64,000 nucleotides of DNA, from the NCBI GenBank assembly GCA_010093605.1, contig MU004181.1, positions 248,001 to 312,000 on the forward strand. Reading direction: 5' to 3'. The notes under the pieces were generated by a model that was given only the letters and a program-made list of their open reading frames with translations, was not told where the DNA came from and ran no database searches. This stretch comes from Lophium mytilinum. Taxonomy: Eukaryota. The position numbers and the translations under genes were made by a program. Shown one piece after another: positions 1 to 11,944 of the stretch. Position 1 is the stretch's first letter. Every line of letters starts with the position of its first letter.

Positions 1-132
1 CCATCGCCAGAATCGCTACCTCTCCACCTCCACCTCCACGCCCGACGATCTCTCCGCACACCTGCACGACACCCACGCCTCCAACTCCGTAATCTAGGTT
101 TCCGATCGCGCTCTTCACGATGAGCGTTCTTT

Positions 133-560
133 CAACCTGCCGCCAACACCTATGTTGATACTTCCCTCAGACTCGCATCAAACTCCCATTTTCCTAGGCC
201 GTACGATGGACGGTATGAGCGTTATCAGTCCAGGTCAAGATCTAGGTCCCCCTACAGACATCCGACATGCCCCCATGGCGAGAAGCGACCCCGCGACTCC
301 CACTCTTACCGCGACGAACACGAGTAGACAACCGCCGCTTTAGAGACTGTCGTCGCCAGTCGTTCGAATCGGACAGACACTTCGACTACGAGGGACGGGA
401 GCGTGGTGGGGAGCTGGCCTAGGCACGGGTTTCGACTAAGCTGGCGGATGAGGAGCGCAAGACGCAAAGATGGGTCGATGATATGGCCACACGGAAACCT
501 AACAACGTTGAGGACGAGAAAGCTGAAAAAGTTGAGGCTTCGACCAAAATGGCGACGATG
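133..560 (+). pseudogene. RS-rich fragment resembling the N-terminal region of fungal Prp4 splicing kinase (no kinase domain)
   Basis: Frame from 133 reads QPAANTYVDTSLRLASNSHFPRPYDGRYERYQSRSRSRSPYRHPTCPHGEKRPRDSHSYRDEHE*, then frameshifts to DNRRFRD...; the SRSRSPYR..GEKR.RD..D.RRF pattern matches my recollection of Pezizomycotina Prp4 N-termini. A paralogous copy lies at about 54060-54600 (-). Confidence 0.45.
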
Positions 561-3304
561 CCTCCAATGTTTCATCTCATGAGGTTCTTGAAGCGGCACC
601 TGCGCGAATTGGCCAGTCCAAATTCAACCCCGAAGAGAAACGATCAGCTCACACGACATATTTGACGGTGGCTTTATGAAGACTCTAGGGTATGAATTCA
701 GCCCTGTCATCTCCTCAGAAAGTGCCGCTAACACAATCTTCTCAGTACTCCCATCTCTACCGTGGCGTGCATCCCTTCTACTTCCTGGAAGAGAAGACCG
801 ACTTCAATACCGTGCCATGGCAAGAGGACGTCGACCGCCGCGTCTATCAGTTCCTCCAGTCATCCTGACCGAGGGTGCTGTCAAGGGTGGTTTTGCCCAG
901 ACGCTCGTCAAAGGGAGTCTGACTGCTCCTCTCCTGTTCTTGCGAAGGAGGGTCGAAAAGGCAAAGCTCTGTAGGCACCGAGTCTGTCTCTTACACGGCC
1001 CTTCTTCTCACGGTTCCTGTGCAGACCGACATTCCGTGGAGAGACTCCGTGCTCACGACACCGCTTTCAGAACGCATTCGAACCCCACGCGAACCTGTCT
1101 TGCAAACCGAAGTGAAGTCTACCCACGAGCAGATCACTGGGTCACTGCATCTTCCACGGGAGATGCACGACCTGCTGCGGATCAATCTCACCCGTCACCC
1201 GTCATGAAGCTTCCAACGCCCGGCGCTTGTAGAGTCCGAAAGCAAACGCGTCGATGTATGTCAAGGTCTCAGCCATAGTCTCTATGAATATGCAGAGGGT
1301 GCTGTTGAGTAGACAATCGCGGCTAAGACAACTACCAGCGGAGCTAAGAGGGCGGTCGTCCTACTTGCTTGGCCTGAACCCACCCTCGTTCAACAAGATG
1401 CCTACAAAGCTAAATGCCAACACCAAACCTCCATCCAACCCTCACGTTACGAAATCTCATTTGGGAAGCTTTCCCGTTCTATCTAGACCAACTTCTACGA
1501 CCGCCGAACATCCTGAGCCGCTACCAAGTCGACTCGCTCGGATCAGGTGCTGAAGCGAAACTCAAGTTCATTCCCGAGGGGACATCTTAAAGCGGCGATG
1601 GGTTACAAGCAACGGACCTCGTAGAGCCAGCTTCACGACACGATAATTAGTGCGTATCCTGTGCGTCCGGCAGACCACTCAGCTACGGCAATCAATCAAC
1701 ACCAGTGCCTTCGACAGTCGGTGGAAAGGCAAGAAAGAATGAGATGAGTAGAACAGATAGAGTCAATCCTCAAGTCACGGTCGAGGTAGAGCACCAGCGG
1801 AACCCCGGTGACGTTTGCTGAAATCGCAGCGGAGTAGGCGCGCAAAACATAGACCCAGTTCTCGCTCCCGCCTGGCAGGCGAGTCGCACCGGAGACAGCT
1901 TTGGCGTACATGTTTCTCGGCTCTAGGGTCATGTCCGCATTCCCATCGCAAGCTCCAGACGACGCCGGGCTGAGGAGCTACAGTCCTAGGCCACAAGTCT
2001 GGGCACACTCGGCTCCAACTTGCCCACTCAACACTACTGTTGGGGGTGGTCTGGCTGCTGAGCAGGCAATCAGTCAAGAGGCAGTCTACTCTGTACTTTT
2101 TGAAGCTTGACATCGCTCTTGAGCCCTCGAAACACTGTGGGGGAACCCCAAGCAATGGCATGCCAGTGAGCCCAAACTTGTGGCCTGTCACTGTAGGTGT
2201 CTCTCTTGCGCCCCTCGGAGCAAGCGCGAATCCAGGTCCAGCTCTACAACTCCTGGCATCTGCCGGCTCCAGAAGAGTAACCTTCGTTATGGCTACGGCA
2301 GGTCGGCACAACGGACCGGGAGACCTCACCCTGGATCTGTCCCACTCTTCAGCTTAACCTCGATCCTGTCCAGCAAGTGAAGGCTGAGTGAAGGGCGAAT
2401 GAGAAGCGGATGCAAGAGGCCGGCATATATAACAGACGTTGGATAAGAGAATGCGGTAGAAGTTCGGTCAGCGCTGCTAAGCCTGTGGTCTCCCACGATA
2501 TCACCTTTGCATCCAGTTGGCTCAGGCTTGTGCAGCGAAGGCGTGGCTGCCATTGTTAGAAGAATTGGAACACTGGAAAGCAACCGCGGAGCGCGAATCC
2601 TGGAAGTGGCGCTAGGCGGGGATTCTACGATTCGGCGCTTCACCGGCATAGATGTATATCTGAGGGATGTTGCTGAGCAGCTGGCCCCTTCGAATAAGGA
2701 GAGGGGCGGTGCAGCGGTATCTAGGGACCTGTCTATTGAGGATGGAGAGTTGTGAGAAAGATGATGCCGTTTCGACGATGGCTAGAGGATTAGAAAGGGC
2801 TGAAAATTTGAACATTCGCAAGCTTTGGGCAGGTAGATTTTGGGTTCGACGTGACCTGGAGTGGCAGTACGAAACACCACGATATTGTTAATTAGATGCA
2901 TAGTAATGTCTGTAAGATTCGCAAAGGTTTGTAGCTTTCTAAGTTCGGTTGTCTATTATGTTAACTAGCTCGTGCATATGCTGGCTACCAGGAACCTGAC
3001 CCCAACTGGGAAGGGCTTTAATCGCATGATCGACGGTACAGCAGATGTAATGAAAGGTTCTCTTCTCCGGCACAATGTTCACAGGAGATTGTTAGGTATT
3101 TTGGTTTGAGCTGGTATTTCGCAGAGCTCTATGGAGGACGGAAAAAGCAAATACTACCGCCGGCCTAGCTTCCCTAATCCTTCGCCTGTTGTTTATCTAT
3201 GATGTCCAGGATCTCGTCCACCCAACGTATTCCAATCTTCTGGAGCGAGTTAGCTTGAGTACTAGGACTGATTGTTGGCTGGCCTTACGTTGTCTCCACG
3301 CACG

Positions 3305-3528
3305 CAGACCCCAGCTGCCGGGTGTGTCGGCTATCTCCACATCTTCATCGTCCTTCTTGGTCTTCGTGCGGCTACGATCGCGACTCCGGCGCGGTCTCTG
3401 TCACGGTCATGATCGCAATAAGTGCTGTGTCGATTATTGCCGGAGCTGACTCGACGCCGGTCAAGGGTTTCGCCATTCTTCATCTCTGCAAGCGCAGCCA
3501 CGAAGCGAGGACGAGCAAGTCTTTCACC
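3305..3528 (-). pseudogene. Second fragment of the RBM39/Pad-1 N-terminal RD/RS region
   Basis: Minus strand reads MKNGETLDRRRVSSGNNRHSTYCDHDRDRDR then (frameshift) RRSRDRSRTKTKKDDEDVEIAD; it parallels KNGNGEHNRDRDR in ORF 4040..4594. Preceded by an intron-like GTAAGC..CTAAC..TACAG (3576 to 3528). Confidence 0.45.
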
Positions 3529-3644
3529 TGTAGGACGTTAGGTGAGACTCTAGAGACAGGTGGTTGTTGGGCTTACAGTAACCTCGCTTTCGGGTCTCGG
3601 ATCTCCCAGCTTACGACCTTCGTCCGCGTCATTCATTGTTGGGG

Positions 3645-3950
3645 TCGGGAACTTAACGCGGAGCTTGGAGGCCGATGCGGAGCCCATGACCATCGTGATC
3701 TTAGCCTTGTAGAATCCGTGGTCTCCGTGGATCCAGCGTGCCAGGACCATGGTGTTGACCTTGAACTTGTGGGTGGTTTGCACCTCGAGTTGGGGCTTCC
3801 GGTGTTTGCACCTTTGCCAAGAACCAGGTGAGAAGCGTAACTTGGCAGGTCCTCTTTCCTCATCGTCCGCTTCACCGCGGGGGCGGACTTTAGAGTTCGA
3901 GGCTTGGGGGTCTTGGTGGAGGATGTGATGTCGGAGTATCTACGGGCAGT
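3645..3950 (-). pseudogene. spf30: SPF30/SMNDC1 fragment (linker plus Tudor domain), frameshifted
   Basis: HKFKVNTMVLARWIHGDHGFYKAKITMVMGSASASKLRVKF matches the fungal SPF30 Tudor pattern (V.D.VLA.W..GD..FY.A.I.S..GS). Upstream, in another frame, APAVKRTMRKEDLPSY resembles SPF30 PPVKEKWSKENHPAY. Confidence 0.75.
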
Positions 3951-4039
3951 TGGGATGACTCGGTCTGATGATGTAGATGCTGAGCTGAAGTTCGATGGCG
4001 TGACGATGGTGGAAGAGACGTGGGAGCATTTCGCTGGCA

Positions 4040-4222
4040 TTAGAGATGGGCTCTGCGGTAATCATGTGCTTGTTGAAGTGACGACCATTGAGTCCGTTGA
4101 GGGCCTTTGTACTCCTCTGAGTCTGGGAATCGAATTTTGTACATGGCATCAGAGACAGGCGCTACGGTAATCATGTGCTTGTTGAAGTATCGACTATTGA
4201 GGGCGTTGAGGCTCTTTGTGCC
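4040..4222. repeat. Tandem duplication (period 109 bp) of the UHM-terminal segment
   Basis: CGGTAATCATGTGCTTGTTGAAGT occurs at 4056 and 4165; the copies encode KALNGLNGRHFNKHMITAEPISNA and KSLNALNSRYFNKHMITVAPVSDA. Confidence 0.9.
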
Positions 4223-4594
4223 AGCAGCAAGGTCGACGAACTTGATGTAGACGTCTCCTGGGCTTGACACAGGATCCATCCGGACGCGGAATTGGGCGAT
4301 GGGGACGTTTCCTCTGTGGTTCCAAGACGGGTGACGCTGCCGTTGCGCTTGGGACGATCCGCCATGGCGTCGCGGACGAGTCGATCTTGCTGGAATATGG
4401 CCTGAAGCGGCTATATCATGCGGAAAGTTTCCACGAGAGTGACAACAGCGACCAGGAGCACGGTCCCTGTCACGGTTATGTTCGCCATTTCCATTCTTCT
4501 CAGCGCTCCAGAGCGACGCGCGGCCCTTAGCTGCAGCAGCCTCGGCGGCCTCCTCGAGGAGAGCCTCGATGTCCTGAAGCCCTGGAGTTGCCAT
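4040..4594 (-). pseudogene. pad-1: Internally deleted RBM39/Pad-1 copy: N-terminus fused to the C-terminal half of the UHM (RRM3); open 184-aa frame
   Basis: MATPGLQDIEALLEEAA..NRDRDR at the start and DPVSSPGDVYIKFVDLAAGTKSLNALNSRYFNKHMITVAPVSDAMY at the end match the Pad-1/Rsd1/RBM39 termini; RRM1 and RRM2 are absent. ATG context is CAACATGG. Confidence 0.75.
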
Positions 4595-5005
4595 GTTGGA
4601 GAAGATTTGTCTGGTGATGGGGAATAGTCAGTGCCGCGAGGGCTGGGAAGAAAAAATTCGGCCTGGTGATGAGGATGGTGGTGGGGAGGAGGAGTGGAGG
4701 ATTTTCAAGGCGTGAGGAGGTTTTTGTTGTGGGCCGCTAGCGCCTCACTCGCTTGCACGTCCAGTCTCGGCCCGTGTGCAGCTCACTTCGGCCCGAGTTA
4801 TTAGGAGTATCGTAGGTCTGTACTTCAGAGATGTCCAAGTCCACGGCAACCAACAGTAACCGACAGCAACAGGCATTATTTCAAGCACATTTCCCTCCTT
4901 CGAATTACCCAGCTGACAGCCCGCCTACAAGCTTGACAGACACCGTTCATCTGAGTAGCCGTTTGAGCAAAACAGCTCTTCACTGCCCAGACTAGAGGGG
5001 TTGAG

Positions 5006-5600
5006 ATGGCGGAAGAGGTGGCCCTGGGCAAGAAACCTTTGCAGTGCTGGCCGAAACAGTCACGATGAGCTGGAGGATGAGGAGGAGGTTGAAGGACCTG
5101 CGAATCAGAAGTACGCTGTAAGTCGATCTCTAGATATCACACCCTCGTGCGATAAAATAGACGCTGATTATAGTAGGCTACTGATCTTCAGAAGTACTAC
5201 AAGAAGTCTGCCGAAACCCTTGCTGCAAAGGCTGACTCTGGTTGGGTAAGTTAGCGTCGTCTACTCGATAACTTTCCGCACATCTGACGCGCTTCATAGG
5301 ACCTGTCTCCAAGCTGCCATCCATCTCATTCCATCCCAGAGACGTCGAACACCATTCCTTGGGCACGAGAGCAGCACCGGAGTATCGACAATGGCGCCCG
5401 GGTTCGTCAACGTTGTGACATCCAAGATGCTTGAGAATCAGCGCAAAGACTTCCGGGCTGTGAACGACTCCGTCAAGGAATGTAAGCCAACAGAATCCTG
5501 CATCCGGAACCCCCAGATGATCCGGGCGTCGACGGCCGTCATCGTTCACTGCAGACATCGCCTTCGAAAACCACCCAACCAGACCCATTTACCTTGCTGC
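5006..5600 (+). pseudogene. Multi-exon gene remnant, product unknown
   Basis: Intron-like segments 5118-5176 (GTAAGT..GCTGAT..TAG) and 5246-5299 (GTAAGT..CTGAC..TAG) flank a clean 69-nt exon (ATDLQKYYKKSAETLAAKADSGW); flanking frames are interrupted. Confidence 0.35.
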
Positions 5601-8600
5601 AGTTCCTGAGCAAGAACATCAAGTCGCTTCTCGATCAAATTGTCTCTGGCGGTTCGTTTCTATATGCAAGGGACTAGATTGTGGTTGTCATCAGCGGCAA
5701 ATGCACCGAAAACAGTTGCATCGGGACTTCACTTCGACATGGGGCGACCTCAATCGCCGACTTCGAGCCAACCCCCCCCCCAACCTGCGCCATGTGAGGA
5801 ACGAGTCCCCGAACAGTTCCTGGCTTCAGTGCCCTCGCACGTACTGATCCAGCTATGGATACGCCTGAGCCAAGATCTCCTACGTGGGCAAAAGTCCTCG
5901 CGAGTATTGTGTCATGTCTACCGACTTCTTTCACGACGTCGCGGGCCACGTCAAAAGAATCAATACAATCTCCGTCGAATAAGCCTCAAAAGCAAACGCA
6001 AGCCAGGACATAAAGAGTCCCGAAGGCGGCGAAGACTTCTTCCCGCGGAGCACGTCATGCTATCAATGGGCTTCTTGTAGCCGGAGGAACTGGTCTTGGG
6101 AGACATCGAAAAGGATGCCCGCTCCAACATCAGGACACCCTCTGGAAGCCACACTGTGATTCCGGCTGTATGTGCGGTAGAGGGCGCTTTGGACAACGGT
6201 GGTCGGACAAGTTGCTGGGACTGAGACCTTCTCAGTTGGGTGGATGAGCCCAGTCCAGGAAGCCTATGAATATCACTCGTTCTTTACACCATTAAATCAC
6301 ATCAAAAGATGAAGTCAGATTTCCACTGTAATGCGCGTCTCTTGCGGCTCATTAGTCATGATATAGTTCTTGACTTTGCCTTAGGGATGTACAGAACCTC
6401 GCAGGACACCACCATTGCAGTTCGCATCTGCCCATCTACCACTCCTTTGACGTGGGTGCGCGTCGAGCGATCATCGAAGCATAGAGACTCAACAAAACCC
6501 TCCGAGGTACCCCCACACCGACGGGGCCAATCAATGCCATGCCCTGGGTCGGATGTCGAAGAACAAAGACTCAACAAAATAGTGTTGAGGGTTTTAATGC
6601 TGCAGCATGACGCAAGATAGGGTGGGTGAGTACTCCTTGGGGAAGGGGCAGGGCGGGGTACACCACCCCCGTGCCCCAGCGTTGGGGGCTCGGCGTGTTT
6701 TGTTGAGTCTTTATGCTTCGCGACGCGCTGTGGGCAGTTGTGTCAGGCTGTAACGTTGCTTGACTGCTAGAGATCTCGGTGGAAGGAGATTTGGATACGA
6801 GTCTGCGGACTAGAGAGACGGAGTTCGTCGCAGTCGGGTGTCTTTTCGTTACAGCGCGCGAGACCCTCCTATGGAAAAAACAAGCTTCACAACCTCCCAC
6901 TCGTCTTGTAGCTCTGGCTTCTGCGTGTTATGAGACCGCTCCACAGTTGACGGGAATCTCGAGGTGCACCGACGGCTCCGCAAGCACACATATCCTAACA
7001 CATGGGACTAGGTCCGGAGCGACAAGAAGCTTGAATAGCTACGTCAAGAGGTCGAAGCGTTCCCGCTTTGAGGTGGAGCGCTAGAATTCTTCAATACTCA
7101 TTAACTGCTTTCCTTTTTTCAGTAGGCAGAATGTGCCACCGCAAGCCGACGGGAAAGTCGAATGGTTCTCCTCGGGGAGATTCTTGAAAGATCTTCGTGA
7201 TGCTTTAGCATGAAGAGCAATATAGGGAAAACAAGATCGAATGCCTGGAAACTGGAAGCGAAGTCGTAGCGCAAGATCAGACCTTGGCTGGAAGCACCCA
7301 GACACAACATTAGTTCCATCGACATCGAACTCGAATTACGGAGCGCAAACCTTAGTCCTCCTTATGATGACATCCCCCCGGGCAAACCCTCGCTTGCATA
7401 GCCCAGACGGGTGCACGACCTTCCACAATGGTCTTAGCCAGGCGTACAGTCCCTCCATCAAGCACATGCGGCGAAAGGTGTAGGAAGCCGTGTAGAGAAG
7501 ATGCGATAATGAGGATCAGAAGAGGCGCCCGTCATAGATGAATGGAAGGCGTCCGTTGATGGTGGGCGATAGAAAGCATCCGTCAATCGTCCGCGATGAA
7601 AGTAGCGTGCAATGTCTGAGAGCTTCGCGCAGGGGAAAAGTGCTACGTGAGAAAAGCAACCAGTATCAATCATAGCTGATAAGCGGCGATGGTGACTGAC
7701 ATCTAGTAGGGATGACTCGTAGTCTATATCGCGATTGCTAAGTACATCTAAGAATGCGTCGAAGCAGGCATCTCGGAAAGCATGTTGAGATAGTAAACTA
7801 AAGAAAAGTGTTGTCAAATCGCGTTGAGGGTGAATGGCCTAAGGCTCGAGCGGCCGCATTGAATGAAGCCAGATTCACAATCCGTTGTCCATTTCCATGC
7901 TCAGGCTAATTCACCGCCTAGAATCCGTTGAATATCCCACAGGAATATCCCACAAGAACTCAAATGCCACCAGCGGCGCTCCCCTGCTCCTTCACCTCGG
8001 CACAAAGCTAAGCTTGGCATCGACAGCGTGAATGACTTCCCCGCGTCGTTCGCAGCGGCGCGGTCATTTCATCCTCAGATCATCTAGCTCCCCCTTTTCA
8101 CATCTCATTGCATCTGGTGCTGCGCGAGAGCCGATGAGCGCCCCCGCCCCAAATGCCTGAGACACTGTGAGCTGAAAAAGGATATGGATGATGCTCGCAA
8201 TGGCTCTGCGGGGAGCTGCAACCACGCCAACTCAGGGTGAACAGGATGTGCTGCAAGCAAGGCCAAGAGAAGCGCACAGGCGGATACCATCTTCAGATCA
8301 AAAAGCTGACCACCGCGAGAGTTGACGCTACGACTGCAAATGCTTAGATCGCTCAAACCTCATGCGACGCCGAAAAGCTCCGACAAAAACGGTGACCGCT
8401 CTTTGGAGCGCCTTCTTTCTTGGCCCCCAGTCACCCGGTGTGCAGATACTGTCCCCATAAAATCAGAACGCAAAGATCCCGTACGGAGGCTGATTTCCAC
8501 GCCCCCGATTCGGGGTGCAGTCCTCGTCCAGTTTGACTGATCGGCTGCTTCCTAGCAGACGCACTCTTGACGGCGGTATTCAGCAAGCAGGATCGGTGTT

Positions 8601-9328
8601 GGGGAGTGTCATTATTAGCGGAGAAGCCGGGGCCTCGATGGAAGAATGACTCTGTAATTTTGTGCGGATCGCGAATCAATATTGAACATGCCGTTTGGCT
8701 GGCCGCAGACGTGCTAGCTGGGGTATTCCTGACAGTACTGCGGAGAGAGCAGAAGTCGAGTATAAGTATAAAGATCTATGTTGGACAGATTTAGAGACAG
8801 TGAGTGCAAGGGGAAAGTAAAGACACTCGAAATTGGACGGCCCTTCGATCACCCTGGTATAAGCGACCCGGAGTACCCCTTACGGTGGCGTGGACATAGC
8901 AGACGTGTACAACTTCATGTGCGTCTTTAAGATTGCTGTCGCCCAGATGTCAACGCCGGGACGCATGTACTTGCATAGAACGAGCTAAATCTTTCCTTTA
9001 ATCAGTTTCTACCATCCCTAGTGAGGTGCCTCAGACGACGCTATTTATGTGGCAGTGAGTCAGGGAATGATTCTCAAATAGCCTTTCACGTTCAGTGACA
9101 CTTTCCCAAACGTCTCGAACTCACGGGATGCATCCCCTGGCATGCAAAGAAGTGCCCATGAGTATCAGGCGCCTCGCGCCTAGATCCCAATGCACGACCA
9201 GCACTTTCTCGCCCAATCTGGGCCCTAGTCTTTCCACCGCTGGCCGCTATAATAGAATCTCTATCAGCAAAACGTCGAAGGCATAGTTATAGGTCCTACC
9301 TGGAGCATCCGAAAGCCCTGGTCGCTAA

Positions 9329-10285
9329 TCACCACTGCCGCCTCCCCTCCCAGGTCGCCGAAATCTTCGTCGTCAGTCTCCGCTGTGGGTTGAAGTCTTC
9401 CACGGACCCGGGAGCGGCAGTAGATACGCTCACAACCGTTCCTTCGTCGCCGTTGTTTTCCACCTCCGCGCTCAGCACACTCGCATCGGCTTTTTCATCG
9501 TCGCTGTACTCCACCCCCTGGACCAGGTCCAAACCCTCGTCCGCTTCACTGCCCTCTATGACCTCGCCGGCATTGATGTCCGTATGCGAGCTTTCCCGTC
9601 TCGCCTCCCTGCCGTCGTCGACCTGTTCGTCCGTTTCGGGTTCCTCGCTACTATCCCTGGCGGCAGCGTAACGTGACCACATAATTAGTAGTGAGAGCGA
9701 AGGTAGACTGGGATCTCTTGGGCTGATGTCTCGACCTGTGGGTGTCTCCTCCTGGTACGAAGCGGCATGTCCCGCGACGCTAGCTGTAATGAAGGTTGAG
9801 GGGTCTGGGAGACTACTAGTCTCCGCATCTGCTCGGCATCTGCTTGCAGTTTCTGTGTTTTCGCATCTAGTGTGGAAATACGATTCTGAGTGTCCTGCAC
9901 CTGGCGTAGTAGGAAGTCGTTCTGCTCGTCCCTCGTCGCAATCTCTACCCTGCGGCGTGTGAGGTCTATGGGGGGTGAGACCGGGAAGCGGGGAGGAACC
10001 GGCGGCCGACGGTAAGAAGCCTGTGGGCAAATAGGAAGGCGGAGAGGAAATGCGGTACGTAGAGAGGAGACGATTTGTCGCGCTGGTATAGAGGACGAGA
10101 TGTGCCGTTTGGTAATCAGCCGTATCGGAGCCTGTAGAGTTGAGTATCATAACCAAAGTGGAATCGTAGTCTCCGGGGCTCCTGTAGTTCAATTTCTCTA
10201 TCCCAAACCAAAGTACATATACGCCCGATCTCCATGCACGCAGACCAGATCTCCCCAGACACTCATTCATCCTCGTCGTCTCCAA
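9329..10285 (-). CDS. Hypothetical protein or remnant with an acidic low-complexity C-terminal half
   Basis: 318-codon open frame; the part from MWSRYAAARDSSEEPETDEQ is strongly D/E-rich. Start and exon structure are unresolved. Confidence 0.3.
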   Translation of the reverse strand: METTRMNECLGRSGLRAWRSGVYVLWFGIEKLNYRSPGDYDSTLVMILNSTGSDTADYQTAHLVLYTSATNRLLSTYRISSPPSYLPTGFLPSAAGSSPLPGLTPHRPHTPQGRDCDEGRAERLPTTPGAGHSESYFHTRCENTETASRCRADAETSSLPDPSTFITASVAGHAASYQEETPTGRDISPRDPSLPSLSLLIMWSRYAAARDSSEEPETDEQVDDGREARRESSHTDINAGEVIEGSEADEGLDLVQGVEYSDDEKADASVLSAEVENNGDEGTVVSVSTAAPGSVEDFNPQRRLTTKISATWEGRRQW

Positions 10286-10300
10286 CCCCCCTCATTGATA

Positions 10301-11075
10301 CTACACATCCTCCCGCAAACCCCAAAACTCTTCAAATTGCTCCATAAGCCGCGTGTTGTACTCGTCGTGCTCCATGATAACGTCCACCATTCGAAGCTCT
10401 GTGCAATGCGCAAAGTTGTGCAGCTGCGCCTCGCATACATGAGGACGCTGGGTGTTGTCAAGCTCCAGAACAACCACGTGCTTAAGCAGGTGTTCGTAGT
10501 CCCAGGGTATGAGCCACGCATACATTGCGGCGCCGTAGATTCCGCCGAAGAGGAGCCATGCGTGATGGCCGGCCATGTGGTCGCCGAGAATGTCGGCCGA
10601 GCCGGTGTGTGGGAAACATGCGGTAAAACGTTCGAATGATAGACGCTGGAGCAATCATCAGTGATAGGAAGAGGTGAAAATGGTGGACTTGAAGCCTACG
10701 TCTGGGAGGAAAGAGCCGCGGATTACGCACATGCCATGGCGGTTGTAGATGCATCGGCGATGCTGTGGCTCTTGTTAGCACACTCGATTCTCTGGCGGCT
10801 AGGGCTGGTGGTACAGCGGGGGGTCATACGATATGGGGCATTGGTGCTTCTGGAAGATCTCTTGGAGCGGCGAAACTGTGACCGGATTCGGCAAAAAGGG
10901 TACGCGGGTGACGTTAGGAGCAGGACGGACCAACCGCAGGATTTAGGAGAGAACCTTAGGTACACAGTATATGAAGGTTGCGCAGGTGGAGGCTGTTCGT
11001 GCGGCTGCTAGGAAAAAGCTTGGATGTCGTGGGGAGCTTCGGAGTGACGACGGCGGAGAGGTTTCGGCGGTCATC
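10301..11075 (-). pseudogene. Disrupted hypothetical gene
   Basis: Protein-like ORF 10301..10654 (..WDYEHLLKHVVVLELDN..FAHCTELRMVDVIME..) with interrupted upstream frames. Confidence 0.35.
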
Positions 11076-11394
11076 GAGCTTGGTGTCGAGCGTGGCGCAT
11101 GTTCCACCGACTCGAGATAGCCACTACAACGCGATCACAACAATAAATTATAGAAGTCGAAGCAGTGGGCGTTTATTCTATTCGTGCCTCAAGCTGAGTT
11201 GCTCGGGGTTATCTGGAATGCATTGCTACGCCTTCGAACGCGATGTCACGCCCACCTCCTCCCCACCTCCGCCCCCGCTCGCTACACCACCGCACGTTCC
11301 TCTACGCCGACTTCATGATTTCCAGACCTCCGCAACTTCAAAAACAAATAGCAAAAGAGCACAACGTCGATAGATAGAGCCACCATGATGAATC

Positions 11395-11526
11395 AAAAAG
11401 AAAAAAAAATGTTTTCCTTATTAGGACTCTACGCGGATACCCGCCTACTTCGGGACTCGAACCCGGCATGTTACTATGATGGACGTTAGCACTGTTTCAA
11501 TACCACCCTCACCACGGTGGTGAGGG
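11395..11526 (-). ncRNA. tRNA-like / Pol III-type unit, probably a degenerate tRNA
   Basis: Perfect B-box GGTTCGAGTCC (11453-11463, minus) within a CGGG/CCCG T-stem, an A-box-like TGGTGAGGGTGG upstream, and an oligo-T run downstream (11395-11409). The acceptor stem does not pair. Confidence 0.35.
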
Positions 11527-11944
11527 CGAAAGACGATCCAACTTACAGGAAATATATAGTTAGGGTGCTAGGAAACTAGTTAGTGTGTGGTCTGAGCTCC
11601 TGGGATGGGGGCGTGGGGGAGCTGTCTCACTGGGCGATCTGTCGGTCTTTCTTCACGAAACCCCTCCATCTCATCGAAGCTGTGCCTTAAGCCGAGTCCG
11701 CAAATCCGCTCTTTGAGGCTTTCGTAAGTCGGCAATTCCTTTTCGTCCCCTTGACCCTATCTCGACTCTCCATCAGAAACGGGTCACATCAGAGTGATGG
11801 GGTCAGTGCAGTTTTGTCGGGTACATCTAGGATGTTCCCGTTAAATCTACTTTGTACTACACCCTCAACCAACTAATCCTTCATATCCTACCCGTCAATC
11901 TACATGAGAACTGTATATTGGTACATTACATCTCCAAAGTCAAG

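Noticed and set aside
1312..1375. RLRQLPAELR as another F-box-like family member
   Set aside because: The motif is short, the preceding intron candidate is not phase 0, and no downstream family motifs were found.
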